Origin: an uncultured Treponemataceae bacterium
GTDB lineage: Bacteria; Spirochaetota; Spirochaetia; Treponematales; Rectinemataceae
NCBI GenBank assembly: GCA_964644505.1
Contig: CAZXXZ010000009.1
Location: 4,366-68,365 of the forward strand
Direction: 5' to 3'
Length of the DNA stretch: 64,000 nucleotides
Below are positions 36,034 through 44,355 of the stretch, in pieces. The notes under the pieces are model-generated. The model was not told the origin of the DNA. It made no database searches and was given only the letters and a program-made list of their open reading frames with translations. The first letter of the stretch is position 1. Each line of letters starts with the position of its first letter. The position numbers and the translations under genes were made by a program.

Positions 36034-37487
36034 TTCTTGCGCCGCTGATTGGACGTCGAGGTCTTGGAAGCACCGCCCTTTACACGAGTCATCGACTCGT
36101 CATCGTCGAAGACGGCTATCGTCCCGTTGAAGTTGATGACATCGCCCGGCTCGAGCTCTTTTCTCGTTACTTTGCGGTTGTTCACCACGAGGGCTTCATC
36201 GCTCATAATGGTGAATCTGCGCGTCGTCGGATCCTTCACGATGGTCACAGGACTTTTTTCGAGCCGTGTGTTTCCGGCTATGGTGATATCCGCGGTGCGA
36301 TCCGCGCCTATAACGGTTCGATCGCCTACATTGAAAACCTTCGTTCCCATGCCGACCCCGGGCGCGTAGAGCAGTGAAAGATTCGCGGACAGACTCGGCT
36401 TTTCGAATTTGATGAGCGAGAGGATGAGCCATACGAGAAGCGCGAATGGTATGGCGAGATAGATCCACCAGGGCAGTCCGCCTCCCGATTGGCCGAAGAC
36501 GGTGCCGGTGTAGTAATAGCGCGTGGAAGAAGGCTTCTTTCCGTCTTTATCAAAAACAAGCTTCACAAAGCGCTTGTCGCCGCCCATCATGAGCGCGCGA
36601 TACTCTATGAGCGATTCAGATAGTATTTTATCGCGGATCGTCTGATATGCGGTGCTCAGCTCCTGTTCGTTTCTCGCGTCGAAAACCTCGCCGCCGGAAC
36701 GATACGCGATATCGGCGAGACGCGAGTCCTTCTCCGTTCCGAAATTGACGGCGAATATGGTGACCCCGTCGCGCAAGGCCTTGTCGAGCGCCTCGTCGCT
36801 TGTGAATATCTTGTTTCCATATTCAGGATGCGGGGCTTTTTCGTACTTGGCGTAGGGATAATTGACGCCGTCCGACAACACGATGAGGGCCTTGCGCCCT
36901 CCTACCTCCCGCATGCCGCCGCTCGCCTCCATGATGGATGCGTATAATTCGGTGTAGCCTTCTTCGCGAGACGGTTTGGTAATGCCGTCCAGGGCCGCCG
37001 CGACCTTTCGCCGGTCGCGTGCAGGCTCTGTCAATAATTTATATCGAGTATTGAACGACGCGAGGCCTACGGTATCCTTGCTGCCGGTGATAGACAAGAG
37101 AAAGGTTTCCGCGGCGCGCTTGGCGATATAACTGCGGGTTTCCTTCTCGTCCACGGCAACGGTGCTCTGCGGGGTCTCGTACATGCTCCCCGAATTGTCG
37201 ACGAGGAAGAGGAAGGTAATACCCTGCGTTTTATTGCTTCCGGCCCTGACCGTCACGGCCTGAACCTGTTCGAACGAGCCGCCGTCCGCTGACTCATAGA
37301 CCGAAATCGAAGACGGGTCGGGGTTCTCGACCGGATTACCCTTGGCATCGAGCAATCGGGCGTACAGACGGTTCCTCTGCGTCGACAAAAGAGAACTCGA
37401 ATCTATCTGTGTGATCAATGCCGACTGCGTCCACACCGAAGATGCAAAGCCGGCCAATAGTATCGCAACGACAAGCTTCCTGATCAT
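36030..37487 (-). CDS. Membrane protein: signal peptide, extracytoplasmic von Willebrand factor A domain, one TM segment, cytoplasmic FHA domain
   Basis: MIDAS motif FLVDNSGSM. TM segment LPWWIYLAIPFALLVWLILSLI. C-terminal FHA-like FNVGDRTVIGADRTADITI...VVNNRKV...GDVINFNG. Start trimmed to the ATG at 37487 (MIRKLVVAILLAGF). Confidence 0.85.
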   Translation of the reverse strand: MIRKLVVAILLAGFASSVWTQSALITQIDSSSLLSTQRNRLYARLLDAKGNPVENPDPSSISVYESADGGSFEQVQAVTVRAGSNKTQGITFLFLVDNSGSMYETPQSTVAVDEKETRSYIAKRAAETFLLSITGSKDTVGLASFNTRYKLLTEPARDRRKVAAALDGITKPSREEGYTELYASIMEASGGMREVGGRKALIVLSDGVNYPYAKYEKAPHPEYGNKIFTSDEALDKALRDGVTIFAVNFGTEKDSRLADIAYRSGGEVFDARNEQELSTAYQTIRDKILSESLIEYRALMMGGDKRFVKLVFDKDGKKPSSTRYYYTGTVFGQSGGGLPWWIYLAIPFALLVWLILSLIKFEKPSLSANLSLLYAPGVGMGTKVFNVGDRTVIGADRTADITIAGNTRLEKSPVTIVKDPTTRRFTIMSDEALVVNNRKVTRKELEPGDVINFNGTIAVFDDDESMTRVKGGASKTSTSNQRRKK

Positions 37488-37497
37488 GAGGCCCCCC

Positions 37498-38388
37498 TTA
37501 CCCGAAATAGCCGTAGAGGAATTTCGCGCTCCCGATTTTGATGACGTCGTCCAACTCCAAGCGCGCGCTCGGCACATCCTTATCGTTGACGACGAGAGGG
37601 CCGTCCTTTTTCTCGATGAGGAGCTTGCCCCCGCGTTCGACTTTTATGAGCGCATGGAGGGGGGCGACGTCCCTATACCCGCGAAGCGCTATATCTCGTC
37701 CCGAATCCGAGCCTATCGATATGCGCCGCTGATTCACGATGAACTCCTTGCCCTTCAAGGGGCCGTTCAGGGCCTTGAAGGTACCCACCGCGAAACGTCG
37801 TTCGAGCAGGCAGTAGAGCGAGCCGATGAGTCCGGCCATGACGATGAGGGCAATGAGGCGGCCGCCGAGGAAGTCGGGGGCGGTCGTACTGAGCCACACG
37901 AACAAGAGTCCTCCGAGAAAACCGCCGACCGTTCCGCCTATCGCACCGAGGGCAGCTTTTTTGACCGATCCGGCGCGGACACCCTCGCTGAGGCCGATCG
38001 CCAAACCGACGACCGCCCATCCGGCCGATCGCGCCAGTATGAAAGGCAGCCCTACGGTCCGCGAGGATGTCTGCATAAGCGACTCGCCGGACATGAAAAG
38101 AAGGGCCTGAGCGGCCAAGGCTCCGAGAACGCCTCCGATTATTCCGGTCGCTATCCCCGAGAGCGCGCCGGCGAGGGCTTTTCGCGGCGAAGAACTGAGA
38201 AGACCCTCGGTGGATCCGAAAAACATGCCCATGGCGGAACCGGCCACCACGCCCACCGCGATACTGTAAAGAAGATAGGATGGAAAGGAGCCTTGGGCCG
38301 CCGTGCAGAGCTCGATGAGCGGCCAGGCGAAGACGGCGCCCAGCATGCCCACGACGATAATCAAGAGTCTTCTGACAAAATTGGTCAT
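37498..38388 (-). CDS. Multi-pass membrane protein (Gly-zipper-rich) with a C-terminal FHA domain
   Basis: 296 aa. Several Gly/Ala-rich TM segments, then FHA-like KGKEFIVNQRRISIGSDSGRDIALRG...VVNDKDV...DDVIKIGSAKF. Confidence 0.85.
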   Translation of the reverse strand: MTNFVRRLLIIVVGMLGAVFAWPLIELCTAAQGSFPSYLLYSIAVGVVAGSAMGMFFGSTEGLLSSSPRKALAGALSGIATGIIGGVLGALAAQALLFMSGESLMQTSSRTVGLPFILARSAGWAVVGLAIGLSEGVRAGSVKKAALGAIGGTVGGFLGGLLFVWLSTTAPDFLGGRLIALIVMAGLIGSLYCLLERRFAVGTFKALNGPLKGKEFIVNQRRISIGSDSGRDIALRGYRDVAPLHALIKVERGGKLLIEKKDGPLVVNDKDVPSARLELDDVIKIGSAKFLYGYFG

Positions 38389-38407
38389 TATCCCCTCCGC
38401 GCTAGAG

Positions 38408-40315
38408 CTAGTTATCTTTCATGAACTTCAAGCGGTCGGCCGCCGATCCCGGCTCGATCCTGAGTCTCAGCTCCTCCCCGGCGGCTATGACGATATCCTC
38501 CGAGGCCTTCCGCACTCCGGCCCTGGCCTCGAGGTGAATCCGTCCGGGAGGCAGGCTCAGGCTCATGCTCTTCTTATCGCCGAAGGACAGGCGTTGAAGC
38601 GTCCTCCCCGAATCGAGGGAGACGACGGCGTCCAGTCCGTCGATCGAGAGATCGAGGCCTTCGATATTCGTAGAAATCGACAGCCTACCCCCGATGGGCG
38701 CGAGCGACACGCGGAGCGACAGGACCGTCTGAAGCGGCCCCACATCGACGGAGAGCAGGGCCGGGGAGAAGCCGGGTGCCGAAGCCCGGAAACTGTAACT
38801 CCTGCCGGAAACAAGCTCGGCCCTCGGGAAGGCGTCGACATCGAGCCACGATCCATCGGCATCCTTGATGCTGAGCGAGGCCTTGGACGTTATATCCCTC
38901 CCCATGCGCTCGTCGAAAATTCTATACGAGAGCGTCAAAGGCTTGCGCTCGTGACCCGAGTAGGTATACGAGAGCCCGAAGCCTGATTCCATGCCTCCCG
39001 CCTTCTGCACGGCGAAAGGCGGTAAGTAGAATGATTCCGAATACTGCTTCTCTCCTATCGTCAAGCGAAGCTCATAGGTTCCGGGCTTCACATACACGGA
39101 ACCTGAGGACACAGCGTTCGCGGAAGCGTCTTTCGATAGGAGATTGGAGAGCCGCGGGACAAGCCCCGGCATGGGAATAGTGATCGCGCCGTTCTTCGAT
39201 GAGTTCGCTTTATCCCGAGGGATGAGCCTGGCGGCGACCGGGCTTTTCAAAGGGCTCTCCCCCGAAGCGAAACGGGCTTCAACCGAGAGCTTCCCGTACT
39301 CATAGGGCTTTACGAGCTCGAAATACGAACCGCTTACATACGCCCATGCGGCCAGAGCCCCGAGCAGAGCCAGGACCGGCACTCCGATCGCAAGAACCCG
39401 CCTGAGCACATGTTTTGCCTTCCTGGGCGGCGGCTTGTATTCCAGGCCGTTCATCGCGGCGACAAGCCGCTTATGAAGCTCTTGACCGTCCTCGTTCCTG
39501 AGGCGGTGCCGTATAATTTTTATAACAGGAGCGAGATCCTGGAAGCGCTTTTCCTTTTTCGGCCTGATCATTTTTCCGATCAGACGCGAGAAGGTCCTGT
39601 CGATCTTCGGATTCAACTTGCGGACATGGACATACTTGCCCTTTTGAATCGTCACGATCGTCTCGGGCGAGAAATTCCCGGGGAAGGGCTTCTTGCCCGT
39701 CGCCATCTCGTACAGCATGACGCCCATGGCGTAGATATCGGCGCACTTGTCCACATTCCGGGTGTTCTTGAACTGCTCGGGCGGCATGTAGGCGAAGGTG
39801 CCGAGCGTCATCCCCTGACGGGTAAGCCCCTCGTCGTCCTCGTCCTCGTAGCCCGCTATGCCGAAGTCGACAAGCTTCACCTCGCCCTTTCGGGAAATGA
39901 GGACGTTGGCCGGCTTGATGTCCCGGTGGATGACGCCGTGATCGTGGGCGTACTCCAAGGCCTTGCAGACGCGGCCGAATATGTACAATCCGAGCTCGTC
40001 CGCCAGATTCCGCTTGCGCCGTATGAGCTCGTCGAGCGAGAAGCCGTCGACGTATTCTTGAACGATATAGTAAGAATTTCCTTCCTTGAAGTGATCGTAG
40101 ACCGTCACGATGCCCTCGTGCTTGAAGTCCATCATGATGCGCGCCTCGCGTTTGAAGCGCTCGATGAACTCGGAACTGCCCCGGACAGTCAGTTTCTTCA
40201 AAATCACGTTCCGCTTGAGGGTGGGGTGGACCGCCTTATACACGGCGCCCATCCCACCCTGCGCGATGAGCTGGATTATCTTGTACTTGCCTACGCTTCC
40301 CGGAATACTCGCCAT
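38408..40315 (-). CDS. Hanks-type Ser/Thr protein kinase with a TM segment and extracytoplasmic PEGA-like beta-sandwich repeats
   Basis: GGMGAVYKA, VILKK, HRDIKPANVL, DFGIA, PPEQ motifs. TM segment VLAIGVPVLALLGALAAWAYV. C-terminal repeats. Confidence 0.92.
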   Translation of the reverse strand: MASIPGSVGKYKIIQLIAQGGMGAVYKAVHPTLKRNVILKKLTVRGSSEFIERFKREARIMMDFKHEGIVTVYDHFKEGNSYYIVQEYVDGFSLDELIRRKRNLADELGLYIFGRVCKALEYAHDHGVIHRDIKPANVLISRKGEVKLVDFGIAGYEDEDDEGLTRQGMTLGTFAYMPPEQFKNTRNVDKCADIYAMGVMLYEMATGKKPFPGNFSPETIVTIQKGKYVHVRKLNPKIDRTFSRLIGKMIRPKKEKRFQDLAPVIKIIRHRLRNEDGQELHKRLVAAMNGLEYKPPPRKAKHVLRRVLAIGVPVLALLGALAAWAYVSGSYFELVKPYEYGKLSVEARFASGESPLKSPVAARLIPRDKANSSKNGAITIPMPGLVPRLSNLLSKDASANAVSSGSVYVKPGTYELRLTIGEKQYSESFYLPPFAVQKAGGMESGFGLSYTYSGHERKPLTLSYRIFDERMGRDITSKASLSIKDADGSWLDVDAFPRAELVSGRSYSFRASAPGFSPALLSVDVGPLQTVLSLRVSLAPIGGRLSISTNIEGLDLSIDGLDAVVSLDSGRTLQRLSFGDKKSMSLSLPPGRIHLEARAGVRKASEDIVIAAGEELRLRIEPGSAADRLKFMKDN

Positions 40316-40360
40316 CGTCCTCTGGCTCCTCGCGCCGCCGCGGGGAGAAGTTTAAGATCT

Positions 40361-40888
40361 CTACGCGACGACTGTTTTATTGACTTCGACGAAGTCGTCC
40401 ATGAGCGCCTGCGTCACGTCCGCGAGTTTTTCCTCCTCGACCTCGGGCTTCATTTTCTTGGTGAAGCGCGCGATTTTAAGGATGGGGCTCGTCTTGCGGA
40501 CAGGGCCCTTCTTGAACGCGGCCACCGAATCAGTCTCGAAATCGCCCTCGAGCTGAGAAGATTCTTCGACCGCGGATTCGGGGACATCCTTCCGCAGGCC
40601 TATTGGAGCGTACTCGCAGCGACGCATCCCGTCAACGAGCGGCCCTATGTTGAGCAGCGATCCCGAATAGGTCATGACGATCGCGCCCTGTTCGTCGTCG
40701 GCGCTGAAGAACTGAACTTCCTCCATCCCGTTTTCCGCGACCGCCTGCTCGAAGGCGCTTTTCTTCTCGAGCCAGGATGTAGCCAGGGCTTCGAGGGTAT
40801 CCTCACCTTCCGGGAGCCCGGAGGGTTTCACCATCTGACGAACATGATCCTGAATGAAGGCATCGAGCGAATCGAAATTAACACCCAT
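40361..40888 (-). CDS. Hypothetical protein; paralogue of the N-terminal domain of the 41187-42110 product
   Basis: 175 aa. Shared blocks with the divergent neighbour: MTYSGSLLNIGP / LTYSGSILSVGP; EYAPIGLRKDVPE / EYVPIKLRQDVPE; KKGPVRKTSPILKIA / DGGPVKSTSAVYRIA. Confidence 0.7.
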   Translation of the reverse strand: MGVNFDSLDAFIQDHVRQMVKPSGLPEGEDTLEALATSWLEKKSAFEQAVAENGMEEVQFFSADDEQGAIVMTYSGSLLNIGPLVDGMRRCEYAPIGLRKDVPESAVEESSQLEGDFETDSVAAFKKGPVRKTSPILKIARFTKKMKPEVEEEKLADVTQALMDDFVEVNKTVVA

Positions 40889-41014
40889 ACTTTTCCTCCT
40901 AACAAAGGATACGCGAAAAACATAGCGCCGTCCGGAGCGGATTCCAATTGTTCAATTGTTTTTTTTAGCGGATTTTTCCGTGTTTTACGGGAATTTGGGG
41001 CTACACTTACATTT

Positions 41015-41052
41015 GGGAACCTCTAAAAACCCGGTTGGTTTTTAGAGGTTCC
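41015..41052. repeat. Palindromic intergenic repeat, perfect 16-bp stem (GGAACCTCTAAAAACC / GGTTTTTAGAGGTTCC)
   Basis: Read directly in the divergent intergenic region 40889-41186. Confidence 0.6.
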
Positions 41053-41090
41053 TTGCAATTCCCTTACGGGAATTGCTTTTTTCTAAGGTT

Positions 41091-41123
41091 GACCTCGAAA
41101 AACTGAAGTTTTTCGAGGTCCCC
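41091..41123. repeat. Palindromic intergenic repeat, perfect 13-bp stem (GACCTCGAAAAAC / GTTTTTCGAGGTC) plus CCC tail
   Basis: Read directly. Followed by a third CCTC/GAGG palindrome at 41131-41160. An unrelated hairpin GCAATTCCC-ttac-GGGAATTGC lies at 41055-41076. Confidence 0.6.
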
Positions 41124-41186
41124 ATTTGGATACCTCTCAGACTGAGGTCTTTCGAGGTACGTCACTACATGAGAAGGAGTTATTAA

Positions 41187-42110
41187 ATGGAAGAGAAAAC
41201 CGCCGGCGCCACCGCAGAATCCACATATTTACGTCTCCCGGAAGAAATTCGCACGCAAATCGACGCCCTTGCCGAAGGGCCGGACACTCCCCGTCTACCC
41301 GATATTAAAGAAAAACTCGCAGTGAACTGGCAGAGCAAATTCGAGCTTTTTGAATCTCAGGTAAAACTTTTAGGAATGGAGATGCTCGAGAAACTCGAGG
41401 AAGGCGATAAACGGGGTTTTATGGCTCTGACCTACTCCGGTTCGATTTTAAGCGTGGGGCCGGCGCAGGAAGAGGAATCGTCCCGCGGTCTGCCCGGGAG
41501 CCGCTGGGTGGAGTATGTGCCGATAAAACTCAGGCAGGATGTTCCCGAAATCGCCTCGGGATACGGAGCGATGATCGTCGGACCGGCGCTGCGGGGTTCC
41601 TCGCTGCGTTTCGACGGCGGTCCGGTCAAGTCTACCTCGGCGGTGTATCGAATCGCCGCCTGCCCGCCAGAAATAAGCGCCGATGAACAGGACAGGCGTA
41701 TCCGCGAGGCGGCGATTTTCCTCACCCACAGCTTCATGAAGATGAACAGGACGCTTTCGGCGGAGCGTCAGGTCGGGGTCGAGCAGTTCACGTTGCGCGG
41801 CATGGCGCAGTACGTCGCGCGCAAGAACGATGTGGCCACCGTCCTCGTCAAACGCATTCTCGAGGATTTCTTCGCGACCGCCGAAGCCGGCATCCTTCTG
41901 GGAGAGCGCGTATCGCTGGGCAGACTGGGTTCCGCGACGCTCAAGACAAAACCGGCGCGCAAGGCCCGCGTCATAAAAAACCCACTAACTAAAGAAGAAA
42001 TCCTGGTTCCCGCGAAGCCGGAAACCGCGGTGCCGAAATTCTCCTTTCATAAGGGCATCAAGGAAAAGGCTGCGGGGACTCCCATCGAAGACGAGGACGA
42101 AGACGATTGA
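41187..42110 (+). CDS. Fusion protein: unknown N-terminal domain (paralogous to 40361-40888) plus a C-terminal HU/IHF-type DNA-binding domain and an acidic tail
   Basis: 307 aa. The C-terminal part MAQYVARKNDVATVLVKRILEDFF...GERVSLGRLGSATLKTKPARKARVIKNPLTKEEILVPAKPETAVPKFSFHKGIKE fits the HU/IHF fold pattern. AAGGAG RBS. Confidence 0.8.
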   Translation: MEEKTAGATAESTYLRLPEEIRTQIDALAEGPDTPRLPDIKEKLAVNWQSKFELFESQVKLLGMEMLEKLEEGDKRGFMALTYSGSILSVGPAQEEESSRGLPGSRWVEYVPIKLRQDVPEIASGYGAMIVGPALRGSSLRFDGGPVKSTSAVYRIAACPPEISADEQDRRIREAAIFLTHSFMKMNRTLSAERQVGVEQFTLRGMAQYVARKNDVATVLVKRILEDFFATAEAGILLGERVSLGRLGSATLKTKPARKARVIKNPLTKEEILVPAKPETAVPKFSFHKGIKEKAAGTPIEDEDEDD

Positions 42111-42114
42111 TATT

Positions 42115-44325
42115 TTATACGGCGAGGGGCGCGCGGACGCGGAACTCGCTCCCCTTCTCTCTACGAATGAATCTTATTTCGCCCCCGAAGGACTCTATCG
42201 TACGCTTGCAATACGCGAGCCCGAGTCCCAGACCCTCGGCTATGTGCCTCGTCGTCACGAAGGGTTCGAACAACTTCTCCTCGATTTCGGGATCGACCCC
42301 CGAGCCCTCGTCGAGGACCGCCACCTCGGCGAAGTCTCCATCCCGGCCGAGTCTGATATCGAGGGCGCCGCCCTTGGGCATAGCCTGCAAGGCGTTTTGC
42401 AGAAGGGCCGCCCAAATCCGCACATACGCGGACTCGGAGCCGCGGGCGGGAGGGACTTCATCGAAGAATGTCCGTAAAACGACAGCCTTGGGTAGCCTGT
42501 TTTTAAAAAGAATGAGAGCTCGTTCGATCGTCAGACGCAGATCGACGGGACCGATCGTGATTTCATTGGAACTCTCGATCGCATAATCCCTGACTGCTTG
42601 GACGATCTCGGCGGCCCTGTTTGAAGCCTCATCGATCACCCACAGCGAACGGATGATCGCCGAAAAACGATACAGGGCGCGCGCGACCTCTCGTCCCTGT
42701 TCGTCCGAAAACGCGGCAAGTTCGTCATCCCCGAGATCCGACAGCCCCGCATCGGAAAGGTCGAGGGCCAAGGACGAGATCTCTTTGGAGGTAATTCGGG
42801 CAAGTCGTCGCTCAAAGCGCAAGAAATCACCTGACGCGGCATCCTTGAAAAAATCAGGCCTATCGAAAATACGGGCGGCGTATCGTAGAAACAGTTTTTT
42901 TTGTTCTTCGCCCAGGGTGACGAGGCTCTCGGCGAACTTCCCCTCGTTCCAGATTGATACAATTGCCTCGCTCGAAGACCGTATGGCCCCCAGGGGGCTG
43001 TTGAGACTGTTCGCCATGCTGGCCGAGAAACGCCCCAGGGTGATCTCACGGGCAGAACGCAGGACTGCGTTCTGCATTTCTTCGGTGCGGCGGATCGCCT
43101 CTCTGAGGTTCTCGTTCGAGCGTTCGAGTTCCTCGTTCGAATCACGGAGTTCTTTTGTATGTTGCGCGACCTCTTGCTCGAGCCGCGCGTTGGCCGCCAT
43201 CAAAAGACGACGTTGTTTGCTCTTGAAGAACGCATATAAGGAGATATATACCGCAGCCGCAAAAAGAAAAAACATAAGAGGCTGGAGTATCGCTTGATAC
43301 CGTATCCATGCGGGAGGCGGTGCATTGACCAGCTCGACGCCCGGGGGAAGGAGCTTCGGATTCGATCCGAACCGGATTAGCTCGTGGTAATCGGCGAAGG
43401 GGGTGACAAAGTCCGAGCCCGGCATCCAATGGCCAGGTTCGGTTTTATCGAACACAAGACCGAGAGCCAGATCTGCGGCCCTCCGCCCCCAGATTTCCGA
43501 CGAAAAACCGACCCCCCCGACCGTTCCCCTGTTCATATTGGACTTGAGATACTCGAACATCGGCACGCCGTAGGTATCGGTGATGGATCGAACATAGGGT
43601 TTGCCCGAAACGTAGTTTCCTTCCAGATCGTACCATCCTGGATTGAAGCCGATGACCATTGTCTCCTGCGGCGACTGTCTCAGGTATGGGTCGGCGATCG
43701 CCTGCGAGGTCGGATTGATCACGAAAACGAACTTCAAATCGGGCGCAACGGCGGAGAAACTCGCACGGATACTTTCGGCATGAAACAGCTCCGGGCCCAC
43801 GAAAAGCAGAATCACAGCCCGTTTTCTCTTCGGAAAGACCTTGGCGGCGAATTCCACGTTCTTCTCGCCGATTCCGGAGTTTTCTATAATGTACAGCGAT
43901 TTGTCGGATGCGAATCTCTTGCGCCGTTCCTCGTTGCCGACGACGTCGAAGGCCAGCATCGGCGCGTCAGGGAAATACCTCTTGCGGAAGTCGATCGAAA
44001 GAAAAAACGCGGGGTCGCCCTGCGCGACGATCATGGTCGGAGCCCGGCCGTCCAGGCGGGCTGCAAGCGCTTCGATACTGAGCTGTTTCGCCGTCTCCGA
44101 TAAAGTATAGGCAGAAGGCGCCAGGGGATAATGAAGAATCGACGCTCGGGTATCGCGCTCCCTCCAGCGCGATAAAAATGAATCTAATAAAACATGATCG
44201 GTCTCCAGATCGGTTGTCGACGTGATAAACACCACCACCGAGGGAGGCGGCTGTTCGGCGCGTATAGACCAAGCTGTGAAGATGAAGGCGAAGACCGAAA
44301 ACAAAGCGACACTCCATGTTTTCAT
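42115..44325 (-). CDS. Sensor histidine-kinase-like protein: periplasmic substrate-binding-like domain, TM segment, coiled coil, degenerate DHp, intact HATPase_c
   Basis: 736 aa. N box LLQNALQAM, G1 DEGSGV, G2 GLGLGL. The expected H box reads SASMANSLNSPLGAI, with no His. Confidence 0.85.
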   Translation of the reverse strand: MKTWSVALFSVFAFIFTAWSIRAEQPPPSVVVFITSTTDLETDHVLLDSFLSRWRERDTRASILHYPLAPSAYTLSETAKQLSIEALAARLDGRAPTMIVAQGDPAFFLSIDFRKRYFPDAPMLAFDVVGNEERRKRFASDKSLYIIENSGIGEKNVEFAAKVFPKRKRAVILLFVGPELFHAESIRASFSAVAPDLKFVFVINPTSQAIADPYLRQSPQETMVIGFNPGWYDLEGNYVSGKPYVRSITDTYGVPMFEYLKSNMNRGTVGGVGFSSEIWGRRAADLALGLVFDKTEPGHWMPGSDFVTPFADYHELIRFGSNPKLLPPGVELVNAPPPAWIRYQAILQPLMFFLFAAAVYISLYAFFKSKQRRLLMAANARLEQEVAQHTKELRDSNEELERSNENLREAIRRTEEMQNAVLRSAREITLGRFSASMANSLNSPLGAIRSSSEAIVSIWNEGKFAESLVTLGEEQKKLFLRYAARIFDRPDFFKDAASGDFLRFERRLARITSKEISSLALDLSDAGLSDLGDDELAAFSDEQGREVARALYRFSAIIRSLWVIDEASNRAAEIVQAVRDYAIESSNEITIGPVDLRLTIERALILFKNRLPKAVVLRTFFDEVPPARGSESAYVRIWAALLQNALQAMPKGGALDIRLGRDGDFAEVAVLDEGSGVDPEIEEKLFEPFVTTRHIAEGLGLGLAYCKRTIESFGGEIRFIRREKGSEFRVRAPLAV

Positions 44326-44355
44326 ACTGTAAGCTTAATGCATCTCCGCCGGCAT

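Noticed and set aside
39410-41026. 538-aa plus-strand ORF. Similar long shadow ORFs occur at 7440-8588, 34666-35967, 37342-38424, 44704-45774, 54432-55469, 21004-21690 and 23473-24264.
   Set aside because: Each lies antisense to a gene with clear family motifs (kinase, ABC ATPase, aminotransferase, FHA proteins, hybrid HK, LeuC, Gnd, reductase). They show biased Arg/Gly/Asp/Glu shadow composition.
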